64,000 nt of DNA, taken from the NCBI GenBank assembly GCA_030704615.1, contig CM060731.1, forward strand, positions 682,001 through 746,000, written 5' to 3'. Positions 25,565-37,789 of this stretch are shown piece by piece (within the stretch, counting starts at the first letter, position 1; each line of letters begins with the position of its first letter). Under the pieces are notes generated by a model that saw nothing but the letters and a program-made list of their open reading frames with translations, had not been told where the DNA came from and did not search any database. The position numbers were made by a program, and so were the translations under genes. This DNA is from Takakia lepidozioides. Taxonomy: Eukaryota; Plantae; Bryophyta.

Positions 25565-28500
25565 CTAACTGATACCTCTAGCCTTCATCATTTTTCTCAA
25601 TTTTGCAGTATCATCCCACCTGCCAGCTGCAGCATAGATATTTGATAGCAACACATAAGTTCCAGCGTCCTGTGGATCCCACTTGAGAAGAACTTTTGCT
25701 GTACGTTCTGCCATCTCCACATTGCCATGGATTCTGCAGGCACCAAGCAAGGCCTTCCACACCACCGCATCTGGTTCGATTGGCATTTTGTTAATGAAGT
25801 CCTCCGCCTCATCCAATCTTCCTGCACGCCCAAAGAGGTCCACCATGCAGCCAAAGTGCTCCACTGTAGGAGTAAGGGTATGATCTTGGCTCAGGGATTC
25901 AAAGTAATGTTTACCTTCATCCACTAGGCAACCATGGCTACATGCAGAGAGAACACATATAAAGGTGATACTGTCCGGCTTCAAGCCATTGTTCTGCATC
26001 CCTTCAAATAGCTGCAGGGCCTCCTTATAATGACCATGTTGGGCATATCCTGCAATCATTGCACTCCATGACACCACATCTTGTTCGGTCATACTGTCGA
26101 AGACTCCCTTTGCTCCCTCAATGCTCCCACATTTGGCATACATGTTCACAAGGGTATTCTCCAGAATGAGATTGGGTACGATTCCAGCTCTCTTAATGTC
26201 AGCATGAACGTCTTTGCCCTTTCCCAAGGATGCCAAGCTGGCACAAGCATTGCAGACACACACAAACGTGACCTGGTTGGGTTTCACCCCTTTCTGCATC
26301 ATTTGCTCATAACTTTCCAGAGCCTCCATCCCGCAGCCATGCTGGGCATATCCTCCGATCATCGCATTCCATGACACCACATCTCGTCGAGCCATATTAT
26401 CAAACACTCCCTTTGCATCCTCCATGCTCCCGCATTTGGCATACATGTCCACAAGGGTGTTGTCCAGAATGATATTTGGTACAATTCCAGCTTTCGTAAT
26501 GTCAGCATGGATATCTTTGCCCTTCTCCAGAGCTGCCAGGCTGGAGCACACATTGCAAAGGCAGACGAATGTGACCTGGTCAGGGTTCACCCCTTCCTGC
26601 ATCATTTGCGCATAGGTCTCAAAAGCCTCCAGACCAAACCCATGCTGGGCATATCCTGCGATCATTGCATTCCACGAAAGTACATCTCGTACAGGCATGT
26701 TGTTGAATACTTCCTTCGCATCCTTCATGCTCCTGCATTTGGCATACATGCTCACAAGGGTGTTTTCCAAGATGCTATTTGGTAAAATTCCAGCTTTCAC
26801 AATGTCAACATGGACCTGTTTGCCCTTTTCCAAGGCTGCCAGGCTGGAACATGCATTGCAAACGGATACAAACGTCACCTCGTTGGGCTTAACCCCTTCC
26901 TGCATCATTTGCTCGTAAGTCTCCAAAGCCTCTATCCCACACCCATGCTGGACATATCCTGCGATCATTGCACTCCATGACACCACATCTCGTTCAGACA
27001 TATCATTGAACACTCCCTTTGCATCCTCCATGTTCCCGCATTTGGCATACATGTCCACAAGGGTATTGTACAGAACGACATCTGGTACAATCCTAGCTTT
27101 CATGATGTCATCATGGACCAGTTTGCCCTTTTCTGGAGCTGCCAGGCTCGCACACGCATTGCAGACGCAAACGAACGTCACCTGATCTGGCTTCACTCCT
27201 TCCCACACCATTTGCTCATAGGTCTCCAAAGCCTCCATCTCCCTTCCATGCTGGACATATCCTGCAATTATTGAAGTCCATGAGACAACATCTCGTTCTG
27301 CCATATTGTCAAACACTCCCTTTGCATCCTCCATGCTGCCACATTTGGCATACATGTCCACAAGGGTATTGTCCAGCATGACATCTGGTACAATTCCAGC
27401 TCTCATGATGTCAGCATGGACCTGTTTGCCTTTTTCCAGGGCTGCCAGGCTCGCACACACATTGCAAACACAAAGGAATGTGACCCGGTTCGGCTTCACC
27501 CCTTCCCACTTCATCTGCTCATAAGTCTCCAAAGCCTCCACCCCCCTTCCCTGCTGGTTATATCCTGAGATCATTGAAGTCCATGAGACCACATTTCGTT
27601 CAGCCATATTGTCAAACACATCCTTTGCATCCTCAATGCTCCTGCATTTGGCATACATGTCCACAAGGGTAGTGTTCAGAATCAAATTTGGTACAAATCC
27701 AGCTTTCATAATGTCAGCATGGACCTGTTTGCCCTTTCCTAAGTCTGCCAAGCTCGCACATGCCTTGAGAACGCAAACAAATGTGACCTGGTCAGGCTTC
27801 ACCCCTTCCTGTATCATTTGCTCATAGGTCTCCAGGGCTTTTTTACCATACCCATACTTAGTATAACCCGCCACCATTATAGTCCATGAAAACTTACTTC
27901 GTTCAGCCATTTTGTCAAACACACTGTATGCATCCTCTATACTCCCGCACTTGACATACATGTTCAAAAGTGTGTTGTGCAGAAACACATCTGGCTTGAA
28001 TTCACTTCTGATCATGTGAGCATGCACCTGCTTTCCCACTGCCAGGTGTTTCATCTTGATGCACTTATGCAAGAGACAGACATACATATCGGAGTCTGCC
28101 GAAATGCCTCCGAGGTTCAAGATGGCGAGAGCCTCTTTCAGTTTTCCTGCCTCACATAGTGACCTCACATGCCCACACGTGCCAGAAAAGATCCTATGGA
28201 CTCCCTCTCTTGGTCCTCTTCTGGAAGCAGTGGTCATGGAGGATGCACCTGGTTCTACCAACTGTGCTGCTGCACTATCCTGTTGACCAACTACCCATGC
28301 AGGTTTCTTGTAGTTTTCAATCGAGAGTGGCTCATTAGTACTCTTGTGCTTGAAATCTGGCTCTCTTGGACAGATCTGGACCCACACTGTATCCTTCTCT
28401 CCTTCAGATACCCTCTGCCTCGACAGCATAGATCCTTCCCCATTGCTGCCAATGACTACCTAGAAATATATCTAGCAAACACCACAACCGTACTTACCAT

Positions 28501-29374
28501 ACACTGGGTTGTATGCTGAATTGCTGACAAGACTTTACAAATGAATTGGGTGGAGAGGGACGATGACTCTTTGCAAGAAAGTTTTTGAATGCATCTTGCT
28601 GTCTGCTTTTGCTTCTGCTGCAACATAAGAGGTATTCACCTTTATGCACTGATTGTTCCACCCTTGCATGGGTTCTGAGAAATATCCCTTCCAAAGCATC
28701 TCCTCCTTCGGAATGTCCATTTTCTGACATTTTCCTGCAACCCCCTTGGCAAGAAGTTGTCAAATACACTAGTAACTGTCATAGATCCTTTCGATGAGCT
28801 AACTTGAAAAACCCATGATAAAAAATATCTCATAAGAGGACAAAACAAGTCTAAACGTGTTGAAGAAGAAGGTGCCCTCACCACATTGTGCATGAGCTTG
28901 TGTCATGAAAGCAGCTGGCTTTTCTTTCACCCTAGGAGGATTCAACCAACCCTCAATCCAAAGGACCTCTTGTGTGTGCTGCATATGCCTGTAGTCGTCC
29001 GAAGAGCCTGAATTGGTCTGTGAAAGCCACCAGGGTGCAGCTGAACAGCCACAGTTTAACCACAGCTTCGTAAGACCAAGCCATTAACACCAACCCTCCC
29101 AAGTACTTTGCCAACTACAGGGGAAAAAACCTTGAATTTCCTACTTTCATGCCCTGTTGAGGAAGAGCAACCTAAGCTACTGACAGTAAGAGCCTCTTTC
29201 CAGAAAAAAACGGGATTCTTACTTCATTCAATAACTAGGGGTAAAATCTTTCACCACAACAGTCAGTAAAAATCCTTCCTGACAGACTCCTTCGTATTCC
29301 ACATAAAGTACCTTGCCAAAGCTGTAGCACCATTGTGAAGGATCTTTACAGAACTCCTGCCAGCGCTGTTCCAT
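25565..29374 (-). CDS. PLS-class PPR protein (RNA-editing factor type) with two N-terminal OSB-type PDF motifs; ends after E1/E2
   Basis: Main exon 28375-25565 has ~7 P-L-S triplets plus E motifs. Phase-compatible GT-AG upstream exons 29374-29312, 29017-28882 and 28734-28640 give an open ~1034-aa spliced frame. A further upstream transit-peptide-like exon (~29700-29520) contains a stop. Confidence 0.85.
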
Positions 29375-29992
29375 GCTCCAGCGCTGACCTACATGCCAGA
29401 TATTCACAAGGGCAAGTCTTCCCCCTGTAAGTGTACTTGTTCGACCAGATTAGATTTCTACGTTCTAGTTAAGCCAAAGTACAATTCCAAGCCAGGAGCC
29501 TAAGTGCATAAAATACAGCCGACCCCACATAAAGAAACCGCGACGTGTTTCCTGTTATGACCTAATCCAGTTGGCATTCCTGAAGGGTGGGGAGGCGCCA
29601 TATCCACCACTTGCAAGGGATTCCGTGATTGGGGCCTTGACAAGGAGGATCCCGCTTTCTGCTCCACAGCCCAGCTTCTTAATCTGCTGCATCATGTGGC
29701 ATCACCGAAAGCAGAAGACAGTGCCTATCTGCCATGCAAATCATCTTCTTCCAATATCACATTATCAGGCAATCTGCCCAAATTGTCAAGAACAATTACT
29801 TGACGCAAGAACGCACCTGAGGTAAGTTTCTTTTCCTTGTTCTAATTTGATTATCCTTTCTTTTGAAAAAACAAAGATAAAATTAATTTAATTACAGTTT
29901 CTCAATTTTTCTGTTTTCGGTCCATTTCACTTTTCATATGGTGGGCTAGTATTCAAATACATCCACTTTGCCTATACGGTAAAGCTCGGATA

Positions 29993-30358
29993 TGCTGGAA
30001 TTCGACAGAGAATAGAGATAAAAGATGAACTGATTATTGAGAACTCTCCACCCAACCATAGGACCACAACAAGCCGTATTCACTCTCCGAACTCTCCCTA
30101 TTTATACTCAAAGTCTAATCCAGAAATAGCTTAGATAACTATAGCATAACTCCATGCTTTTAATCTCCACCTGCTATTTTGGTACAATGACTTGAGTCAC
30201 TAATAACTGAAGCTAACTGTAGCTATCTTTTAGCTAACTGAGGCTTATCTCTATTGTTAACTGTGACTTGTCAGCACTACAGTGCTACTATGGAACCCTG
30301 ACTTGTCATCACAGTAATTCTAGGTAGTAGTAACTTGGTCAGGAGTTGATTTCTAACA
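29993..30358 (-). repeat. Copia 3' LTR
   Basis: Matches 51092-51432; TG...CA ends. Confidence 0.95.
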
Positions 30359-31473
30359 CCCCCAGTTACCAAGTTAAGCACTTAACTACTCCCATCAAGC
30401 CTCGAAAACGTTCAAGCTTTTCAGCACCAAGCCCTTTTGTCAGTAACCATGTTATTGGTGTTGCAATATACAAGCTTGACAACTCCAGCTTCAGTCTTCT
30501 CTCGTACCAAATGATGATGAATCTCAATTGTAGATAACAATTGTAGATTGTTTCTTGCTGCTCCAGCTTACAGCTCCATTTGCTAGCATAAAAACATAGC
30601 TAGATGTAGAGTGGCGGTCATCAACATTACCAGCCCAATCTGCATCACAATAGTTGTATAGCTCTGTGCTTTTGCAAGCACTATCTGAGATACCATATGA
30701 ACCCACTCGATCCAATTGAACATTATCATTATTCTTTCTCAAGCACAAACCATAGTCCAGTGTGCCCCTTAGATAACGGAAAATCCGTTTTACTGCAACC
30801 CAATGGAGTTGCCCAGGGTTAGTCACAAATTGGCTTACAACCCCCACTGCTTGTGCAATATTTGGCCTAGTACATACCAGTGCATACATGAGACTTCCCA
30901 CAACACTCTGATAGGGAACATCTCTCATTGTCTCCAAGTCTGCTGCACTCTTAGGACTCATCTCCTTTGAGAGTTTGCAATTTGGGACAAACAGGGTATT
31001 TACCGGCATACTTTCAGCCATATCAAAGCGCCTTAAGAGATCTTCAAGATACTTACGCTGATTTAGGTAAATCGTTCGGTCTTGTCGAACACGAGTTACC
31101 GATACCCCCAAGCAGTATTGGATCTCTTTCAGATCCACCATCTCAAACTTCATTGAGATATCGCTCTTTGTCTTTTTCAACAGAGCCAAGTCATTAGAGA
31201 CTAAAATCAGATCATCAACATACAGTGTTATGATCACAAAAGAGTTTCCATGAGCCCTCTTATAGTAAACACTATAATCAGCAGAGCTCCTCTCAAACTC
31301 TTCAGCCATGAAATACGCATTAATCTTACATTTCATGCCCTAGGGGATTGCTTCAAACCATATAAGGACTTGAGGAACTTATACACCATCTTCTCCTTCC
31401 CTTTCACAGCAAATCCCTCCAGCTGGTCCATGTATATTTCTTCCATAAGATCTCCATTGAGAAAGGCTGTACA

Positions 31474-32062
31474 TGTCAAGGACGAGAACATGACTGAACT
31501 CAAACAAGAGATCAGACTAGAGGTATAAAACTAGACAAGAAGTCAAGGTCGGCGTGGCCGAATGCATGGTGGGTAAACATGAATCAAGATGATCTTTATA
31601 ACAATGGACAAGAGTACAAGATACTGAGACTCGACTCGAATACTGGAATGCTGGAAACTGGACTGGGGTACCAGATACTGGAAACTGGACTAGAGTACTA
31701 GAAATTGGACTAGAGGGACTAGGAACAAGAGTAGCTAGAACTTGTGTTGGCGAGACTGAAGAGTGTCCAGTCTCGCCTCCTATATATACTAGCTACTAGG
31801 AAGTTTCCTAAGAAACTTCCCCAATAGAGGTTTATTGATGGAAAAGTTTCCTTAAACAAAGGAGGTATCTTGATGGAGAAGTTTTTTCCAAAGGAAACTT
31901 CCTGAGCAGTTTTCCAAGTTACTCTCGGTAATTTAATAAATTCTCGGTAACTTGATAACTCATGGTAACTCATGGTAAATCACGGCAACTTCCAGTAACA
32001 TGGTAACTTGGTAATTTCTAGTATTTACTCCTGGTTAGTTCATTTGGGCTAGGTCGGTGACA
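31474..32062. mobile_element. Solo LTR of a second LTR retrotransposon inserted in the Copia RT
   Basis: TGTCA...TGACA ends with perfect 5-bp TSD GTACA (31469-31473, 32063-32067). Splits the QMDV/TAFLNG motif. Confidence 0.9.
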
Positions 32063-33828
32063 GTACATACATCCATCTGATGTACCTCAAGATTTTCAAC
32101 AGCGGTAAACGCTAGAATCACTCGAATCGACTCCATCCGTGCAACAGGGGAGAAGGTTTCATTGTAATCAATACCTTCAATTTGCCAGTAATGGCGATCG
32201 CTTCATTTTCAAAACAATTCCCCTTTGCAACCAAGCGCGCTTTGTACCTTGCTACAGAACCATTTGCATTGTACTTAACCTTGAAAATCCATTTGCAGCC
32301 AACAGACTGTCGTCCAGATTGCAGTCTTATTATCCTGAAGAGACTTAAACTCAGATGTCATAGCTTCCTTCCAGTGTGAAGAGTTCCCACTCCTCATTGC
32401 ATCTGACACACTTTGAAGTTCATCACTGTCAATGAAATAGACAAAAGATACCTTTTGAGGTTTTTCAATCATAGTAGATTGTATCTCCTCCATTTGAACC
32501 TCAACAATCTCTTCAACAATCTTCTGTTTCATTTTATCTTCATGAGTCAGAGCCAAGTTCTTATTTTCATGGTCCAAACTTGGAACTACTGTTTCCTGAT
32601 AAAAGTTCCTGGACTCATTGAATATGACATCACGATTGATGATCACATACTTGCTCTTGAAAGATTATACAACTTATACCATTTGGTTTCTTCACAATAA
32701 CCAATGAAGATACACTTGATTGCTTTTGCATCCAATTACTTCTTTACTTCTTTTGGAACATGGGCAAGTGCAACACACCCAAAGACGCGCAAATGATCAA
32801 CTGAAGGTTTATCACCCTTCCAAACCTCTTCAGGTGTCTTTGTAGAGATTGCCTTAGTAAGAAGTCGATTCTAGAGGTATGTTGCAGTCGCCACTGTTTC
32901 TGCCCAGAAACGGTGGTCCAACCTCATGTGTTGCAACATGTATACACCTCACACTCTCAACAAGTGTTCGATTCTTCCTCTCTGCAACTCCATTCTGTTC
33001 TGGCATATATGGTGTGGTTGATTGTTTCACAATACCATTCTCCCTACAGAACTACTTAAAGTTCTTTGAGATGTACTCACCCCGCCATCACACCGAAGAG
33101 CTTTGATCTTTTCTCCAGTTTGATACTCCACCAAAGCTTTGAATGCCTTGAACCTATCAAGAACTCCAAACTTGTTTTGCATCGTGTAGATAAATGTTTT
33201 CCTGGAAAAATCATTAATGAAGGTCAAGAAATACTTTGCACCTCCATGAGATTCAATTGACATATGACCGCATAGATCTGTATGCACCAGCTCAAGAACC
33301 TTATTTGTTCGAGAACCTCCATCATTTGGAAATGAGTTGCGATGGTGTTTACCGTACACATATCCGTCACAAAAAACTCAAGATCCGATCTCCTGTAAGA
33401 TGCCCTTAACCAGATTGTTAGCTGACATGCATGCCAAACTTTGCATTGAGACATGTCCAAGTCTCTGATGCCAGAGGTCACTCTACTTGAGAGTAGTAGT
33501 ATACTCCGCATGTAAAGCCTGGACAACCCCAACCAGCTTGTACAATCTTGCATCTTTCACCGCCTAAGCTATCACTTCACTGCCAAACTTCACCTAACAA
33601 TGATAACCCTATTTTAACTAATTCTAGACTTTTGGCTTCAATCCGGACCAAACTTAATATGTATTTGAATTAAAATTAATTCAAATTTTGTTAATAATAT
33701 CTTGGATAGTAATGTGTGATTGAACTTTGTGAAATTACAAGTGATGTCATACTTGCTTCAAAATGTAACATAAGATGTCTATTTGACATTGAAGTGCTTG
33801 TGAAGTTGCAGTGTAATTCAACATCCAT

Positions 33829-34194
33829 GGACATTCGGCATTTGGGTGGATGCGATGGTCGGTGCCGACAATCACTTATGTCGGTGCCGCCGATCATCAC
33901 TTTCCGTTTTTTTTTTTTTTTTTTTTTTTTTTTTGACATTCGGCATTTAGGTGGATGTGATGATCGGTGCCGACCATCACTTCAGTTACCGATCACCACT
34001 ATCCGTGTTTTTTTTTTTTTTGGCTTTTTGGCTTTTGACATTCGGCATTTGGGTGGATATGATGGTCGATGCCGACCATCACTTCTGTCAGTGCCGCCGA
34101 TCTTTGTTTTTGGCTTTTGTCATTCGGCATTAGGGCGGATGCGATGGTCGGTGCCGACCATCACTTCTGTCAATATCGCCGATCATCACTTTAT

Positions 34195-34225
<31 letters not shown>

Positions 34226-34625
34226 CCCTCGGCTTTTGACATTCGGCATTTGGGTGGATGTGATGGTCGGTGCCGACCATCACTTCTGTCAGTGCCGCCG
34301 ATCTTTTTTTTTGGCTTTTGACATTCGGCATTAGGGCGGATGCGATGGTCGGTGCTGACCATCACTTCTATCAATATCGCCGATCATCACTTTCTGTTTT
34401 TTTTTTTTTTTTGGCTTTTGGCTTTTGACATTCGACATTTGGGTGGATGTGATGGTCGGTGCCGACCATCACTTCTGTCGGTGCCACCGATCATCACTTT
34501 CCGATTTTATTTATTTATTTTTAAATAAATTTAAGGTGGTTTTTGACATTTGGCATTGGGGTGGATGCGATGGTCGGTGTCGACCATCATTTCTGTCGGT
34601 GCCGCCGATCATCACTTCTGTTTTT
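33829..34625. repeat. Tandem array of ~8 units (82-118 bp), each with a GATGGTCGG-TG-CCGACCATC hairpin and a poly-T tract
   Basis: Units start (G/T)ACATTCGGCA or close variants at ~33830, 33935, 34037, 34120, 34238, 34320, 34427, 34545. Confidence 0.9.
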
Positions 34626-34849
34626 TTTGTTTTCTTTTTGTTCCCCAACTCCCCAACAATGTCAACGTCCACTGGGCAGTGGAGGTTCTACAAAGTGGAA
34701 GAACAAGAAATCATGATGGCATCAAAAAGAATAAAATCATCCACAGTATTTTGAAAAACGAAAGCGGACAACGAATAAAAGTCACCTCGTTGGACTCCTC
34801 TCGAATTCTCTTCCAGTTCATTTCGGGTGGCAAAATTCGCAACATGTTT

Positions 34850-35530
34850 TGTGAGGCATAAGGTCAGTATTGGCATTGATAATGGACATAATGTTCCCCT
34901 CTGCCTGGAGTGTCCCTGGTCGCGGCCGCTTGACGCCACGATTTCCGTGGAAAGATGACAAACAGCCCTCTTTACTGAGCTTTTTGTACGTTGACCTTCC
35001 AATTCCGTGTATTATCTACCATGCTTTCTCACAAACATCAACACCTTCTATCGTAACATACGACATGCGCGATGACCCATCCATAATGTGAAGTCGTTTT
35101 GAAACATTCAATCCAAGTTCTCTCCCCTCATCGAATGACGAACCCCAAAATGCAGTTTGAATTGCCAAGGTTTTTCTCCAATCAAAATACTGGCAGCACT
35201 GAAGCTTGCAGCAAGGTTTGCTGCTCACCGACCTCACTTCATCCAAAGGATGATTTTTCTTGCACTTTTTTTAGTCCTCCATATTGGATGGATTTTTCTT
35301 CCTAGTAAAATGCCTGTATGTTGCTTTCAATACGCCTGTACCATGGTCGTCATTCTCCATGTCACTGCATGATCGTAGGAAATTTTCGAGATCAACGGAG
35401 GGTATCCGGCCATTTTCAAGAAGTCTTGTTTTTGTTAACGGCCATTTCACAATCGACATCAGTGAACCGGACTCTCCAGAGATTGTTCTAGTCGTACTTG
35501 TACGTTAGTAGGACTAGAAGTCTGGCATCA
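34850..35530 (-). pseudogene. N-terminal remnant of a Cys-rich transposase-like protein (Sola-like/DUF7869-associated type, tentative)
   Basis: Single frame with stops: KPCCKLQCCQYF...VTIEGVDVCEKAW*IIHGIGRSTY...HGNRGVKRPRPGTLQAE...DLMPH. Catalytic part absent. Confidence 0.5.
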
Positions 35531-37789
35531 TTATCGTGCGGCTCTGACAGCAGACTCTGGAATAAGCGTGAAGGATGTCGATTCTGACAAGTGGCCTGGA
35601 GAAATGAAGTCAAGCGGCTAATCGCCACAACTAATTCGAGACTGCACATTAACAATCGATCATTATAATTAGCTGGGAGGAATCCGAAGGTGAACCATAA
35701 AGCACTTTGAGATTGTTCTGTTTATATTTATCGTGCTGTTATAGTGAATAAAACACTTGGGCAGGGCGGGGCATTACATGCCGACGCATTGCATTGGACA
35801 GAGAGGGCGGTGCATTACAGGTGTGCGGAATGCTCTGTCGTGCCTTGCTTGCTTGCACATGTTTAATGTAGGGATGGACCCCTCGTGTCGGGTATCCCTC
35901 GATAAATGGGCAGTCCCTATGGTGGCTCTGGACCTTAAATCGAGGAATGCCCGACACGAGGGGCCATCTACTATCCTTAAAACCGTATGTTTGTCAGGGA
36001 ATATTGATGCCTAGCGGCTAACAGCCGAAAGTAATTGTGGACGGCTCAATATGAGACAATGATTATATAGTGCGACAAATCCGTAGGTACAGCGTTGTGT
36101 CCTCTGGCAGATTGAGTTCGAAACGACTGCCTAGGCGTGTCACGTGGGTGGTCACATGTGCGTTTGGGGCGTGGGTTAAGGTTTGTTGGCTTCGAATCTA
36201 TTTTAAGATTTTTGTAAGCGTGAGGGTTGTAGAGTCTGACCAATGGCGTCATTACAATCATTTCGTCTTTTTTTCATTCGTCTATCCAGTCGTATGTCCA
36301 AACGTGTGTGCATTCGTGGAACAAAAGTTGAACTAATTTCATCTGTGTGGATGGACAGTATTAATGTTAGTTTGCGTGGATGGGGCAGAACATCCATTTG
36401 GGCCGCGCGACCGTTCGATTTCGGACGGAGGCGATGGTTCAGATCATCCTTGAAGGTCGCTTATAAGGGGTGCGCTCTTTGAGCCCGGCCTTTGGGCTTC
36501 CCATTTTCTACGCGTAAGCGCTGCGCGAGTGAGAGCTTAACAGTTGAGAGAGGAGAGCGTGAAAGAGAAGAGTTTTGGAGCTCATTTTGCAGCGACTGGA
36601 CACTGGAGCGTGGAGAGAAAGAACAGACTTGGCCAAGTGCAGAGAGAGGAAAGGGTGAAAGGTGAGAGAGTGAAATAGGCGAAATTTGAAGAGCGGGGAG
36701 GAGAGACCGGACAGTGGCGAGTGGAGATTGACGAGTGTAGAGGCGAGAGCACAGTGCAATTACCGGCAGGCGGATGTGCGGAAGAGAGTATCAAACGAAG
36801 GATTGTGGTTGCAGGGGCACCAAAATGGCCGGCACAAGCAGGTGTAGCTTTAAAAACTCCCTCTTTTCGTCTTCTGTTTCACGTTTTGTGTTGGCATGTT
36901 CTGAATTCATGTGTTGGCCTGTTCTCAGTTTTGTGTTGGCCCGCTCTCGATTCATATGGCCTGTTCAAGATTCAATTCGTTTCGATCCTGCTTCATTCTC
37001 TGCTGCACTGCACTGTCTTCAGTGCTTCAGTCCGTGCTTTAGTGCACTTTAGGTTTCTGTTTCATTGTTTGCTTCGTTGTTTGCTTCAATGCTATTTCAT
37101 TCTCTGTCAATTCATTTCACTCTTGCTCCATTCTGTGCTTCAGTGCATTCCTGAGTCATTGCTTCACTATTGTTTTTCAATTCACCGATGGTTTGTAGGG
37201 TGGTTTTGTGTGGTGGTTTTGTGTGCAATTGGGTTTGTGTGTGCTTGTTCTGGTCGATTAGGGTAATGGTTTAGGATGGCGGGAGATTACCGTGCTGGTT
37301 GTATTGCTTGTTTTGTTCATTGTGGTGGTTTATTGAGGACGGTGGTTTCGGAAATGCTCGGATGTTTATTTCTCAACCGTTTTCTTGATCCCCAAATCCA
37401 ACGTTAGTTGATGCATTTCTTCCCATTCAAATTCGATTCTGAATGGAAATTTTCATTTCTTATCCAATTATGTCGAATTCGGCAATTCTGAAAAACCACG
37501 ATAGCCCAGTCTACTTGTATTCTACAGTAGACATATGCTAACAGTAGGCTTCGTGCAGGCCAGAGTAGAGTATTCGTAGACCCATGTCATGCACATGAGC
37601 AACCAAAAACTGGAACCTCCACTGCCCAGTGGAGGTTCGCGTGAATTCTGTATGCGGAAGCTGAAAGGCATTTTTTTAAAGTAAGGACGAAATCGGATAA
37701 TTACGGGAAAATTGAATCAGTTTGAGACGATGTGGGAACGAGTGATGGAATCATATGTGTAACATTGTAGGTGTGACACATACTTTCCA

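Noticed and set aside
25565-25567. Stop codon repaired by U-to-C editing or readthrough
   Set aside because: This is a nuclear gene, and the downstream DYW also lacks the catalytic Glu and is frameshifted.
33829-34625. CRISPR-like repeat array
   Set aside because: Inter-repeat sequence is conserved or poly-T with no unique spacers, there are no cas genes, and the context is a eukaryotic TE.
33716-34861. ORFs with repeated DIRHLGGCDGRCRPS peptides
   Set aside because: Translation artefacts of the tandem array and poly-T tracts.
36721-37266. 181-aa hydrophobic ORF as a membrane protein
   Set aside because: T/G-rich low-complexity sequence between divergent genes; more likely UTR or intron.
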